Shown: positions 20,695-30,321 of the stretch, piece by piece
How the letters are laid out: the number at the start of each line of letters is the position of its first letter
Numbering within the stretch: the first letter of the stretch is position 1
From: Candidatus Omnitrophota bacterium
GTDB lineage: Bacteria > Omnitrophota > Gorgyraeia > Zapsychrales > JAHFFX01
Length of the DNA stretch: 64,000 nt
Assembly: GCA_023247725.1 (NCBI GenBank)
Contig: JAHFFW010000003.1
Coordinates: forward strand, 704 to 64,703
Reading direction: 5' to 3'
Notes under the pieces: generated by a model
The model's input: the letters and a program-made list of their open reading frames with translations, nothing else
The model's database searches: none
Told to the model about the DNA's origin: nothing
Program-made: the position numbers and the translations under genes

Positions 20695-21147
20695 ATGAAG
20701 GCTCCCGCCGGATGGAGATTCCTTGACTCCGATGATATGAAAACTTTAGATTCTCATTTTGAAGACGATTTTGCCTTATTGCACGAGGACTATCCCCGGA
20801 TGATTTATGTGACCGGCGCGCTTTTAAAAAGTGATTTACAAAGCAAGGAGAACGACCTTCACCAAATGGTTTCAAACGCTCCCAAAGATTTTAGAGTTGT
20901 TAAAGATACCCGTGCCGCGATTGGTTCTTTTGATATTTACGACCTGTGGTGGGAAAATTCGGTTGGAAAAGAAAATTTTTTCGAAGGCGTAATGCTCGTT
21001 TATTTTCCACGTGACGGGATCACACTCTACGTCAATCAAATCCCCAGAGATGACTACGAATATGTTCATAAATCGATTGAGGAGGCGATTTTATCGATTG
21101 ATTTTAATAACTACCCATCCCGAAGCAACATGGAGGGACCGGATTGA
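20695..21147 (+). CDS. hypothetical protein, possibly the frameshifted C-terminal part of the preceding gene
   Basis: RBS-like GAGGGAG before ATG 20695; frame is open back to 20419; contains PxGW. Confidence 0.55.
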   Translation: MKAPAGWRFLDSDDMKTLDSHFEDDFALLHEDYPRMIYVTGALLKSDLQSKENDLHQMVSNAPKDFRVVKDTRAAIGSFDIYDLWWENSVGKENFFEGVMLVYFPRDGITLYVNQIPRDDYEYVHKSIEEAILSIDFNNYPSRSNMEGPD

Positions 21148-21149
21148 CA

Positions 21150-21713
21150 ATGACAAGATTACAAAAAAATCTTCACCGATATTCTCGGATTCTTAATGTG
21201 TTTATCACGATCGGGCTATACGCCGCTATCTTTGGCTGCAGTTCGAATCCCCTCAAGGTCAACAAGAAGACCCTTGCGCGTTATGAAAAAATCCAACCTT
21301 ACAAAACCGATTTGGAATTGGCCGCGGCTTTAAGTTTATTTCATCAGAGCAAAGGCTATTGGTCACAAAATCCCGGAGAATATGCCGCCTTTTTAAATCC
21401 TGGCAATCAGGTAAAAAGCACCGGCGTCGGCTTCCTCGCGCATTATGAAATCATCGATGACCGGGTCCTCTTAGTGACCTATGAATTGCCTCCTCCGGTC
21501 AATAAAAAATTCCGGCACCATGCTTTTAAACTGGTACCTGTTCCGGATAAAAAGAATGCTTACCTTTTTTCTCCAATGGAGCCGGTTCTGGAACCTCTCG
21601 TCATGGAACCTTATGAAATTGAGTGGAAGGACGGCCAGGCATTTTACCTGCGGACAACCGAGGTGTCCGCCCAGGAAAACCCTGAATTGAAACCCGCGAT
21701 TCCGTCTCCTTAA
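21150..21713 (+). CDS. hypothetical lipoprotein
   Basis: Basic N-terminus, hydrophobic stretch and lipobox-like IFG-C. Confidence 0.6.
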   Translation: MTRLQKNLHRYSRILNVFITIGLYAAIFGCSSNPLKVNKKTLARYEKIQPYKTDLELAAALSLFHQSKGYWSQNPGEYAAFLNPGNQVKSTGVGFLAHYEIIDDRVLLVTYELPPPVNKKFRHHAFKLVPVPDKKNAYLFSPMEPVLEPLVMEPYEIEWKDGQAFYLRTTEVSAQENPELKPAIPSP

Positions 21714-21733
21714 TTCTATAGGGAAAGGATTTC

Positions 21734-22378
21734 ATGCCAACCTGGGATCTTAAACAAAAAATTCCAGAACAAGTCAAGACCATTGTCGGCGCCAGCGGTT
21801 TTCGTGAGCATGCCGATCGATTCGTCCGTCATCGAGAAGAATTGGAACAGATCATTCAATTGATTTTTATTGAAACGGAGGAGGGCCAATCAAAAACTCT
21901 GGTGAATTTTACCGTCAATCTAGGAATCTATTACCGGTTTATTCCGCTATTATCCATGCCGTCGTCTCCCCAAGAGGCGGGCAAGCCCGTTGCCCAAGAT
22001 TTTATTCCCAACGAATGGGAATGCCATCTGCGGACGTGCCTTTTGAGAAAAAAATTGAATTGGGTTGACAACCTTGGACTTTTTTTTCGATATCAGCGCG
22101 ACGATCCGCACAAAGCTCTGTGGCAAATCTCGGATGAAAAAACATTGGAAATGGCTGTGCAGGAATTTCAAAACCAGTTTCAAAGACAAGCGCTTACCTG
22201 GTTCGAAGAATTTTCTGACCTGGGGAGAGCCTATGCATTTATTCAAAATACGCCGGAAACGAGCCCATATCAAGGAGGGACCTTTGGCTGCGGGATGTCC
22301 CGCTCTCCGGTCCGGAAACATTTTCAACATTATTTTGCCCAAAGATTAAACCATAAAAACCCATTACTCTCGGACTAA
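21734..22378 (+). CDS. DUF4304-like protein
   Basis: GF...F.R...E..QII.L...FTVNLGIY pattern and C-terminal ALTWFEEF. Confidence 0.6.
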   Translation: MPTWDLKQKIPEQVKTIVGASGFREHADRFVRHREELEQIIQLIFIETEEGQSKTLVNFTVNLGIYYRFIPLLSMPSSPQEAGKPVAQDFIPNEWECHLRTCLLRKKLNWVDNLGLFFRYQRDDPHKALWQISDEKTLEMAVQEFQNQFQRQALTWFEEFSDLGRAYAFIQNTPETSPYQGGTFGCGMSRSPVRKHFQHYFAQRLNHKNPLLSD

Positions 22379-22386
22379 CGATCTTC

Positions 22387-22851
22387 ATGCAATCGATGCT
22401 GAAAAATCCCATCATTATCCTCATTGTGATCTTAGCTGCCGGGGTCCTTATTCATCAATATCTCATCTTCCGGCGAATGCAAAAACTGCAAAAAAATTGG
22501 CAGCGAGTCGCGAGCTACAGCTCTGCAACCCTTAGCCGTGTTCACTGTGGCATAGACTGGGGATGGTGGTATGGATTTTGCATGTTCCGGACGGAACCAA
22601 GTGAAATGGAAAAGATTCAAAATTCTTTCAGCCTCATCCAATGTGAATCCTACCGGGATGGAGAGATGAATCCGGACAATCCCCACGAATGCTTCGCTTA
22701 TAAACCCTCACACTATTGTTCGCCTTTATCGCAAACTGGCTCCAGCTTCTTCTACGTGACTCAGAATTTCGACCGGGAGCACAAAAAACAGTGGGACGGC
22801 CTCATTTATAATCAAACCACGAAACAGGGCTGTGTGGATGTGTGGCCGTAA
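22387..22851 (+). CDS. hypothetical membrane-anchored, Cys-containing protein
   Basis: N-terminal TM segment; 6 Cys in the soluble part. Confidence 0.6.
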   Translation: MQSMLKNPIIILIVILAAGVLIHQYLIFRRMQKLQKNWQRVASYSSATLSRVHCGIDWGWWYGFCMFRTEPSEMEKIQNSFSLIQCESYRDGEMNPDNPHECFAYKPSHYCSPLSQTGSSFFYVTQNFDREHKKQWDGLIYNQTTKQGCVDVWP

Positions 22852-22951
22852 AGGAAAACCATTGCCTTTTATCCTCGCGAGATTTCGCTGACCCTGGCGC
22901 GGTCAAAAACCGCCGGAGCGGCCATTATTCCGCCGGGATGTTTAACTTTTT

Positions 22952-23236
22952 TTGACCGTGATCAGTTTTATCTTCTTCATTTATGGAATCATCTCAGGAA
23001 GGATTCTCAATGTCTGGGATTTCATTCACCATCCTATAAACTTAAAAGCGATTCCGCCGGATGCCATTGCCATCTCGCCCGGAGCGCAAAAAATCTATAC
23101 GCTCCTTTATTGGGTTAACCTGGCGATCTTTTTGGGAATGGGTTTGGCTTTTTTGTATTTGACCCTCACGTACTCAGAGCCGGGTTCAACCTTTGAACCG
23201 AAAGACTCTTCCGAAGAAGGAAAGCCCCATGAATGA
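22952..23236 (+). CDS. hypothetical membrane protein (start uncertain)
   Basis: Two hydrophobic segments; the TTG start lies in a T-run. Confidence 0.45.
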   Translation: MTVISFIFFIYGIISGRILNVWDFIHHPINLKAIPPDAIAISPGAQKIYTLLYWVNLAIFLGMGLAFLYLTLTYSEPGSTFEPKDSSEEGKPHE

Positions 23237-23768
23237 TTCCAACACAACGATGACTTGGTTTGTCATTGCCTTCCTTTTTGTCTGGCTTGCCTGGCCCAAC
23301 TCAAAGGCATCCGCCGAAGTCTTCGTTCTCAAATCCGGGAAGACCATCACGGGCGAGGTGATCGACGACAAAGATGGCCTCATCAAGGTGAAGGAAAAAG
23401 ACCGGATCGTTTCGTTCAAAAAGAATCTCCTCGAGACTGATCCATCCGCCGCTGCCAAACGCAAAATCCGCCAGGAAGGCATCATGATTATCCGTGGACA
23501 AGCATCATCCTCTTTAACGCCGTATTCGCCCCGCGAGTCCCGAATGTGGGTGGAAATCTTTATTACCTCCTGGTGCCCGTATTGCCGAAAACTGGAACAA
23601 TTCTTGAAGGCAGAGCACATCCCTTATCGACGTTACGACATCGAAGCGAATCCGCAGGCGAAACGGGTCTATGATCAATTCGGCATTCCCGGAGTGCCGG
23701 TTATTCGAATCGGCTCAAAACTTATTAGCGGGTTTGATCAAACGGCCATTCTCAATGCGTTGAAATAA
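23229..23768 (+). CDS. exported glutaredoxin-domain protein
   Basis: Signal-peptide-like N-terminus, WCPYC and GVPVIRIG. Confidence 0.85.
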   Translation: MNDSNTTMTWFVIAFLFVWLAWPNSKASAEVFVLKSGKTITGEVIDDKDGLIKVKEKDRIVSFKKNLLETDPSAAAKRKIRQEGIMIIRGQASSSLTPYSPRESRMWVEIFITSWCPYCRKLEQFLKAEHIPYRRYDIEANPQAKRVYDQFGIPGVPVIRIGSKLISGFDQTAILNALK

Positions 23769-23797
23769 GTTCCCGTTCTGACTTTTCGAATGAATCC

Positions 23798-24184
23798 ATG
23801 AGGACCCGCATCCAGATAAAATTTGTAGCGATTTTTCTGGGATTACTGCAAGCTGCAGGAATTCAATCCGTATTAGCGTCTGGCCTTTTACCCAAAAAAA
23901 ACAAGGGACAGAAGGCCAATGCCGCCCTAGAACATCCCTTATCCAAACCGCCGGCGGATTATCCGCTCTTTGTACCGCAAAAAAATGTCCTGGCCGAGCA
24001 AACTCGGCAAAAAGCTGCCCGGAAAAGACAGAACCTCCAGACTGAAATTCAAAAGGCCCATCAGCAAGAAAAAAACGCCGAGCTCAAAGCCCGGCGAAAA
24101 GAGCAAAAAATAATGGACCGCCAGCAACAGCAGGCGATCGAGGAAATCAAAAGGGCCAGACAGAAACAACGCCACAAACTCTAG
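23798..24184 (+). CDS. hypothetical secreted basic coiled-coil protein
   Basis: Signal peptide ending in VLA; K/Q/R-rich helical tail. Confidence 0.55.
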   Translation: MRTRIQIKFVAIFLGLLQAAGIQSVLASGLLPKKNKGQKANAALEHPLSKPPADYPLFVPQKNVLAEQTRQKAARKRQNLQTEIQKAHQQEKNAELKARRKEQKIMDRQQQQAIEEIKRARQKQRHKL

Positions 24185-24210
24185 TCCTCTGCGCCCTTGG
24201 GCAAAAAATT

Positions 24211-24695
24211 CTAATTGGTCGCGGCGAGCAGCTCGTTAAGGCAATCGAGGACCTCTTCATGATGAGTTTTCGGTCGGACCTTGGGGAAGATTTTGGCAAT
24301 CTTGCCATTTTTATCAATAATAAATGTCGTACGCTCAACTCCCATGTATTTGCGTCCCATGAACGTCTTTTGCTGCCAGACCCCATAATCCTGCAACATC
24401 TTTTTGTCGGGATCGCTCAATAAGAGAAAGGGGAGATTAAATTTTTGGATGAATCGTTCGTGGCTCTGAACACTATCCGGGCTAACTCCCAGAATTATGG
24501 AGTCCTTGCCAGTGATGGATTTGATCGCGTCCCGAAAATTGCAAGCCTCGACGGTACAACCGGGGTATCATCCTTAGGGTAAAAATACAGGACCACATTT
24601 TTATTACCGCGAAAATCTTTGAGCGAAACCTGACCTCCATGCGAGGCTCGCAGGGAAAATTCTGGCGCCAGATTGCCTTCCTTGAGTTTAGTCAT
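24211..24695 (-). pseudogene. bcp: peroxiredoxin Bcp/PrxQ with a single 1-nt deletion (real, or an assembly error)
   Basis: [11 protein letters not shown] lies in one frame and [11 protein letters not shown]...GVSPD...ERTTFIID in the next; span is 485 nt, one short of a multiple of 3. Confidence 0.9.
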
Positions 24696-24710
24696 TGGTT
24701 TGTCCTTTTT

Positions 24711-24763
24711 TGTGGCTCGTGGCCCGTGACCCGTCAACGGCCACGAGCCACAGGTCACGATCA
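24711..24763. repeat. GTGRCYC-family heptamer inverted repeat
   Basis: GTGGCTC GTGGCCC GTGACCC GTC-AAC-GGCCAC GAGCCAC AGGTCAC; abuts the VOC gene stop codon. Confidence 0.9.
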
Positions 24764-25216
24764 ATATGGTTTCCAAATTTTTTGTTGGGGATTGTAGATC
24801 ACTTGCCGCGAATTGTCCATTCCGTCTTCCAGGGGCCACGCGGTCATTTCGAGTTTATTTCCATCGAGGTCATAAAAATACAGGGACCAGGATTTCGGCC
24901 TTTTCTTGGCAAACTCAATCCTGACGGCGTGCGATTCCAGGTGTTGGATCATGGCGTCGAAATCCTTGGCATGAATCCGAAAGGAAAAATGGTTGGCGCC
25001 CAAACCTTCGTTTTCAAAAGGATGAAGCTTATGCAATTCCTTGGCCTGGATGAGGCCGATGAGAGACCCTCCACAATCGAGGAAATATTCGATGCCTGGC
25101 TTGGAAGGTTCTCGAGTGGTCACCTTCAGTCCAATAACCTTGCGGTAAAATTCCACCGCCTTATCAATGTCCCGAACGTTGATGGCGACGTGGTCTATAC
25201 CTTGAACTTTGATCAT
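24761..25216 (-). CDS. VOC/glyoxalase-family protein
   Basis: [26 protein letters not shown]. Confidence 0.9.
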   Translation of the reverse strand: MIKVQGIDHVAINVRDIDKAVEFYRKVIGLKVTTREPSKPGIEYFLDCGGSLIGLIQAKELHKLHPFENEGLGANHFSFRIHAKDFDAMIQHLESHAVRIEFAKKRPKSWSLYFYDLDGNKLEMTAWPLEDGMDNSRQVIYNPQQKIWKPY

Positions 25217-25229
25217 ATTTTCCCTATAT

Positions 25230-25260
25230 ACCCACTCTCACCCCCGGGGTGAGAGTGGGT
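25230..25260. repeat. perfect 15-bp inverted repeat (REP-like)
   Basis: ACCCACTCTCACCCC-C-GGGGTGAGAGTGGGT. Confidence 0.9.
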
Positions 25261-25268
25261 TACCCCCG

Positions 25269-26072
25269 TTAAATTTTTTGTTCATCTTCGATTTTTCGGT
25301 TCTTAAACAAAATATATTTCTTATATCCGGCAGCTTGGGCTAAGGCCAAGGCCTCCTCAAAATCCCGACCGACATCTTTTGGGTCATGGGCATCGGAGCC
25401 AAATGTAAGAAGGACGCCGGCCTTGCGGTAAACCTTCAGCATCCACGGCGCGGGATACATCTCGCCCACGGGTTTGCGCAAACCTGCGGTGTTGATTTCG
25501 ATGGCCACCCCAGCATCGCGAAAAACCTCGGCGGTTTTTTGAACCTCGCCGCTCATATCCTCTTGCGGCCGATGTCCAAATTTTTTAACCAGATCCACAT
25601 GCCCCATAATGTCAAACAGTTCACTCTGCGCACTTTTTCGCAACAAATCGAAGTAATCGTGATAAACCTGATCGATATCTTTTCCGGTCCATCCCTGGCG
25701 CTGGGCAGGATCATCAAAACCCCAATCTTTGATGAAATGGACAGAACCAATGACATAGTCATAAGGATAGGAGGCCAGAAGGTTCCTGGTTTGTTCCTCG
25801 TAACCTTCCAGATAATCGGCCTCAATGCCGATGCGAACCCGCAGAATTGGATCGTGGTTTTTTTTCACATTCTCAATCATCTTATGGTAGAGGGGAAGCT
25901 GCGAACGATTCATGCTGATCTTGGGATCCTCATGCGATAACAGAGGCAGGTGATCGGAAAAGCCGATTTCCTTTAAATCCAATTTAATGGCTTGTGCCGC
26001 GTATTGTTCGGGTTCACCGACGGCATGGCCGCATAAGGGTGTGTGCATATGGTAATCACAAATGGGCTGCAT
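25269..26072 (-). CDS. PHP-family histidinol-phosphatase (HisJ/HisK type)
   Basis: DYHMHT..CGHA, FSDH, IGSVH, EINTAG, GSDAH. Confidence 0.9.
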   Translation of the reverse strand: MQPICDYHMHTPLCGHAVGEPEQYAAQAIKLDLKEIGFSDHLPLLSHEDPKISMNRSQLPLYHKMIENVKKNHDPILRVRIGIEADYLEGYEEQTRNLLASYPYDYVIGSVHFIKDWGFDDPAQRQGWTGKDIDQVYHDYFDLLRKSAQSELFDIMGHVDLVKKFGHRPQEDMSGEVQKTAEVFRDAGVAIEINTAGLRKPVGEMYPAPWMLKVYRKAGVLLTFGSDAHDPKDVGRDFEEALALAQAAGYKKYILFKNRKIEDEQKI

Positions 26073-26154
26073 GGTCCGTTTTCCTTTTCAAAATGCGCTA
26101 AAGAGCGCTTATTATAGCACGGCCAAAAAACTTACGCTAGCTTACCAAGGCGGT

Positions 26155-26183
26155 TTGACAACCCCTAACGGCTGTGCTATTAT
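26155..26183 (+). promoter_or_regulatory. sigma70-type promoter for the folE operon
   Basis: TTGACA-17 bp-TATTAT with TGn. Confidence 0.7.
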
Positions 26184-26213
26184 TCCGTGGCTTGTCGAAT
26201 AAAAAGGATTGCA

Positions 26214-26759
26214 ATGGACGATATTTATAAAAAATTGCTTAAGGCCATCGGTGAAAACGTTCAAAGGGAGGGCCTGATCGATACGCCCAGACGCGCTGCC
26301 CGCGCGATGGAATTCATGACCAGCGGCTACAAGAAAGACATCAAGGCCATCATCAATAATGCCACTTTCACCTCTGATGATGATGAAATGATCATCGTCA
26401 AGGATATCGAACTCTATTCTCTATGCGAGCATCACCTCTTGCCGTTTTTTGGCAAATGCCACGTCGGCTATATTCCCAAAGGAAAAATCATCGGACTCTC
26501 GAAGATTGCCCGGATTGTGGATGTCTTCTCCCGTCGTTTGCAAGTTCAGGAAAATCTCACCAAACAAATCGCCGAAACCCTCATGAATTCTTTGCACGCC
26601 CAGGGGGTCGGTGTTGTCATCGAAGCCCAGCATCTGTGCATGATGATGCGCGGGGTTGAAAAACAAAATTCAATTATGAAAACATCCTATATGCTGGGCT
26701 CTTTCCGAAAAGAAATCTCCACCCGCTCGGAATTCTTAAGCCTTATCCGTTTGAGATGA
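26214..26759 (+). CDS. folE: GTP cyclohydrolase I
   Basis: [35 protein letters not shown]. Confidence 0.97.
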   Translation: MDDIYKKLLKAIGENVQREGLIDTPRRAARAMEFMTSGYKKDIKAIINNATFTSDDDEMIIVKDIELYSLCEHHLLPFFGKCHVGYIPKGKIIGLSKIARIVDVFSRRLQVQENLTKQIAETLMNSLHAQGVGVVIEAQHLCMMMRGVEKQNSIMKTSYMLGSFRKEISTRSEFLSLIRLR

Positions 26760-27484
26760 GACATCGGTCCCAAAAAGGAACCGCCCTGGTAACCGGCGGA
26801 GCGAAACGGATCGGGAAGGAAATATGCCTTGCTTTGGGACGCATGGGCTACAACGTCGCTGTGCACTACCATTCGTCGCGTCGACAAGCCGAAGAAACCG
26901 CCAAACAAATTCGGCACAACAAGGTAGAGTGTGAAATTTTTCCCTGTGATCTAAACCGGCAACAAAGGACGTTGTCCATCATCCAATCAGTTTACACCCG
27001 CTTTCCAGATCTGAATGTTCTGGTCAATAGCGCTTCCATCTTCAAGAAATCCCGTCTCGCCACGACCGATTTGCACCTTTTTCAGGAACACTTTGCCACC
27101 AACTTCCATGCCCCTTACATTCTCATTTGCGAATTTGCCCGTCTTTGCCGCCGCGGACACATCATCAACTTGCTGGATACCGATATCACCCGGAATAAAA
27201 CCGAATATTTTTCTTACCTTTTAATGAAGAAGGCCCTGGCCGATCTCACAAAAATGGCAGCCGTCGCCCTGTCCCCCCAGATCCGCGTTAACGGTATTTG
27301 CCCCGGACTTATTCTGCCTCCGCCAGGCCAGGGCGATGAGTACCTCCAGCGCCAAGCGAAAAATGTCCCTTTACAGAAAAAGGGAGAAGTGGATAATATC
27401 ACTCATTCTCTTCGCTTTCTTTTGGGAAATGATTACGTGACCGGGCAATTCATTTTTAATGATGGTGGAGAACATTTGGTTTAA
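26756..27484 (+). CDS. folM: pteridine/dihydromonapterin reductase (FolM/PTR1-like SDR)
   Basis: TGGAKRIG has the Arg typical of pteridine reductases; VNSASIF; YxxxK; lies between folE and a FolB-fold gene. Confidence 0.75.
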   Translation: MRHRSQKGTALVTGGAKRIGKEICLALGRMGYNVAVHYHSSRRQAEETAKQIRHNKVECEIFPCDLNRQQRTLSIIQSVYTRFPDLNVLVNSASIFKKSRLATTDLHLFQEHFATNFHAPYILICEFARLCRRGHIINLLDTDITRNKTEYFSYLLMKKALADLTKMAAVALSPQIRVNGICPGLILPPPGQGDEYLQRQAKNVPLQKKGEVDNITHSLRFLLGNDYVTGQFIFNDGGEHLV

Positions 27485-27486
27485 CC

Positions 27487-27837
27487 ATGGCTAAAATCCG
27501 CATCACCGACTTATTGGTCCGGACAATCATTGGCACCAACGAATGGGAGCGGGATACCCGTCAAGATGTGGTGATCAATATCGAACTCGCTTTTGATTCC
27601 TCCCAGGCGAGCAAGACAGACGATCTTAAAGAAACGGTCGATTACAAAAGCCTCACCAAGCGCATCATCAAGGAAGTCGAGGCCAGTCAGTTCCTGCTTT
27701 TGGAAAAGTTAACCACCTTTATTTTGGATCTTGTCATGCAAGACAAAAAGGTGAAGGAAGCCACCGTTCGCGTGGATAAACCCCATGCGCTGCGTTATGC
27801 CAAATCGGTTTCGGTCGAGCTGACAGGAAAACGATGA
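27487..27837 (+). CDS. folX: FolB-superfamily protein, most like the dihydroneopterin triphosphate epimerase FolX
   Basis: IRITDL..RTIIG...ER...QDVVIN, LLEKLT, and FolX-like tail KPHALRYAKSVSV. Confidence 0.65.
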   Translation: MAKIRITDLLVRTIIGTNEWERDTRQDVVINIELAFDSSQASKTDDLKETVDYKSLTKRIIKEVEASQFLLLEKLTTFILDLVMQDKKVKEATVRVDKPHALRYAKSVSVELTGKR

Positions 27838-27919
27838 ATATCGATGTCAGGATGGTTGGCTCTGTATATTAGAGGAAGCTACCTCCACTGACTAAAGCGG
27901 TAAATGCAAGAGGCAGCCA

Positions 27920-28660
27920 ATGCATTTTCAGGATCAAGTGGTGATGGTGACGGGAGCGACCCGCGGCATCGGTAAACAGATCGCCAAGGCCTTTGCCCAA
28001 CAGGGAGCTACCGTTGTTGTGATCGGCCGGAACCTAGACCTGGTACAAGAAACCACACAAGAAATTCAACGGGAAGGCTATCGTGCGGAAGGATTTAGCT
28101 GTGACGTCACGAATCTTGCGCACGTCGAAGAAATCATCAATAAAATTCTTGACAAACATAAGTCGATTGATATATTAGTTAACAACGCTGGGGTCACCAA
28201 AGACAATTTGCTTCTTCGGATGAGTGAATCCGACTGGGATAGCGTGATCAGCGTCAATCTCAAGGGCATATTCAACTGTACTAAAATTGTTTCTAAGGCG
28301 ATGCTTAAAGCCCGTAAGGGAAAGATCATCAGCATCGCCTCAGTCATCGGCTTGACCGGAAATCCGGGCCAAGCCAATTACGCCGCAAGTAAGGCCGGGG
28401 TTATTGGTTTTAGCAAATCGGTGGCTCGGGAATTGGCCTCCCGCGGCATAACGGTCAATGTGGTTGCCCCGGGTTATATCCAAACCGACATGACCGCTCA
28501 ACTCAAAGAACAAATCCGGACAGAGATTTTGCAAATGATCCCTCAAGGAAGATTCGGTTCACCTCAAGATGTGGCTGGTGTGTGTCTGTTCCTCGCTTCG
28601 AAACAAGCGGATTACATAACCGGCCAAACCATTGTGGTGGACGGAGGAATGGCGATCTAA
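27920..28660 (+). CDS. fabG: 3-oxoacyl-ACP reductase
   Basis: [27 protein letters not shown]; adjacent to acpP and fabF. Confidence 0.95.
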   Translation: MHFQDQVVMVTGATRGIGKQIAKAFAQQGATVVVIGRNLDLVQETTQEIQREGYRAEGFSCDVTNLAHVEEIINKILDKHKSIDILVNNAGVTKDNLLLRMSESDWDSVISVNLKGIFNCTKIVSKAMLKARKGKIISIASVIGLTGNPGQANYAASKAGVIGFSKSVARELASRGITVNVVAPGYIQTDMTAQLKEQIRTEILQMIPQGRFGSPQDVAGVCLFLASKQADYITGQTIVVDGGMAI

Positions 28661-28692
28661 CCTGGTCAACAGGGAAAAAAGGAGGAATATTC

Positions 28693-28932
28693 ATGGCAGT
28701 AGAAGAAAAAATCAAGTCCATCATCGCGGAGCAGCTTGGGGTAAAGCCCGAAGAAGTCACCCCGCAAGCATCTTTTATTGATGATCTGGGCGCCGATTCG
28801 CTCGATACCGTTGAACTCATCATGGCCTTGGAAGAAGAATTCAACGTGGAAATCCCGGATGAGGACGCTGAAAAGATGACCACCGTCGGCGATGCCGTCA
28901 AATACATCGAATCAAAGTCAGCCAATAAATAA
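28693..28932 (+). CDS. acpP: acyl carrier protein
   Basis: [12 protein letters not shown]; RBS GGAGG. Confidence 0.97.
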   Translation: MAVEEKIKSIIAEQLGVKPEEVTPQASFIDDLGADSLDTVELIMALEEEFNVEIPDEDAEKMTTVGDAVKYIESKSANK

Positions 28933-28960
28933 CCTCCTTTAAATCAGCTTCATAAAAATC

Positions 28961-28991
28961 ATTTGCCTCGATCCAACCGGTCGGGGCAAAT
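28961..28991 (+). terminator. intercistronic hairpin after acpP
   Basis: ATTTGCCTCGATC-CAACC-GGTCGGGGCAAAT with G-U pairs; no clear U-tract. Confidence 0.5.
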
Positions 28992-29004
28992 TCCTGTATA
29001 CCCC

Positions 29005-30249
29005 ATGGACAAACGCAGAGTTGTCATCACCGGTCAAGGAATTCTATCTCCGGTCGGTACGACTGTAACCAAATTCTGGAACTCGATCATCAAGGGCCAA
29101 AGCGGTATCCGCCCCATCGTTCATTTTGATGCGAGCAAGTTTGATTGCCGCATCAATGGAGACGTGATCGATTACAACGCGCTCGATCATTTCTCAACGA
29201 AAGAGGCCCGCCACTTGTCGCGGTTTATTCAGTTTGCCATTGTCGCTACCAAAGAGGCCATGACTCAGGCAAAATTGAATATGAACCAAGAAGACCCGGA
29301 CCGGGTCGGTGTTCTCGTTGGTTCCGGGATTGGCAGTATGCGAACAATGGAAGAAGAGTACGATAAACTTTTAGTGAAGGGGCCGAGCAAGATCTCTCCT
29401 TTTTTCATTCCGCGGATCATCATTAACGAAGCCTCCGGCCAAGTTTCTATCCATACGGGCGCTAAAGGTCCCACAACCTGTGTGGCCACAGCTTGCGCTA
29501 CCGCCAATAATGCTATCGGAGATGCGTTTCGTTTTATTCAATATGGTGACGCTGACGTCATGATCTGCGGAGGGACCGAAAGTGCGACGACCATGTTAGG
29601 GATCGGCGGATTTTGTGCCCTCAAGGCACTTTCCGAGCGCAATGATGACCCCGCCAGGGCCAGCCGGCCGTTTGATCTTAACCGGGATGGATTTGTCATG
29701 GCCGAAGGCGCCGGTATTGTCATTCTCGAATCATTGGAACATGCCCAAAAGCGCGGAGCTCATATTCTGGCGGAAATGGGTGGGTATGGTCGGACCTCTG
29801 ATGCCTACCATATTACGGCGCCCGATGAGAAAGGGGAAGGCGCGACCAAGGCGATGGAGCTCGCCATTAAGGACGCAGGGCTCAAACCCGCGGATATTTC
29901 TTACATCAATGCGCATGGAACTTCGACCAAACTCAATGATAAAGTCGAAAGCCTCGCGATCAAAAAAGTCTTTAAAGAATTAGCCAAAAAAGTTCCGGTC
30001 AGTTCCACCAAATCCATGACCGGTCATTTGCTGGGTGCCGCCGGTGGAATCGAATTCATCGCCTGCGTGGAGTCCATTGGGCATAATCTGGTTCCCCCAA
30101 CGATCAACTATGAAACCCCTGATCCGGATTGCGATCTGGATTATGTCCCGAATGAAGCCCGCCGCGTAACCGTCAATGCCGCGCTATCGAACTCGCTCGG
30201 ATTTGGCGGCCATAATGCCACCCTGGTCGTCAAAAGATTCGTCGAATGA
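29005..30249 (+). CDS. fabF: beta-ketoacyl-ACP synthase II
   Basis: TACAT, NAHGTST, GHLLGAAG, SLGFGGHN. Confidence 0.96.
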   Translation: MDKRRVVITGQGILSPVGTTVTKFWNSIIKGQSGIRPIVHFDASKFDCRINGDVIDYNALDHFSTKEARHLSRFIQFAIVATKEAMTQAKLNMNQEDPDRVGVLVGSGIGSMRTMEEEYDKLLVKGPSKISPFFIPRIIINEASGQVSIHTGAKGPTTCVATACATANNAIGDAFRFIQYGDADVMICGGTESATTMLGIGGFCALKALSERNDDPARASRPFDLNRDGFVMAEGAGIVILESLEHAQKRGAHILAEMGGYGRTSDAYHITAPDEKGEGATKAMELAIKDAGLKPADISYINAHGTSTKLNDKVESLAIKKVFKELAKKVPVSSTKSMTGHLLGAAGGIEFIACVESIGHNLVPPTINYETPDPDCDLDYVPNEARRVTVNAALSNSLGFGGHNATLVVKRFVE

Positions 30250-30321
30250 ATTTTCGAAACGTGATATACTTTTAACCATTTAATTTTCTAGAAATCTTTT
30301 TCCATCCCTGAAGAAAGAATC

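Noticed and set aside
20165-24184. Integron cassette array
   Set aside because: Most gaps are too short for attC sites, I saw no RYYYAAC...GTTRRRY pairs, and there is no intI.
24540-24570. Selenocysteine recoding in bcp
   Set aside because: The break is a frameshift and the Cys codon is TGT, not an in-frame TGA.
27834-27872. Mini-ORF MNIDVRMVGSVY overlapping the folX stop as a folK relic
   Set aside because: 12 codons with only vague similarity; an intact folK is at 50275.
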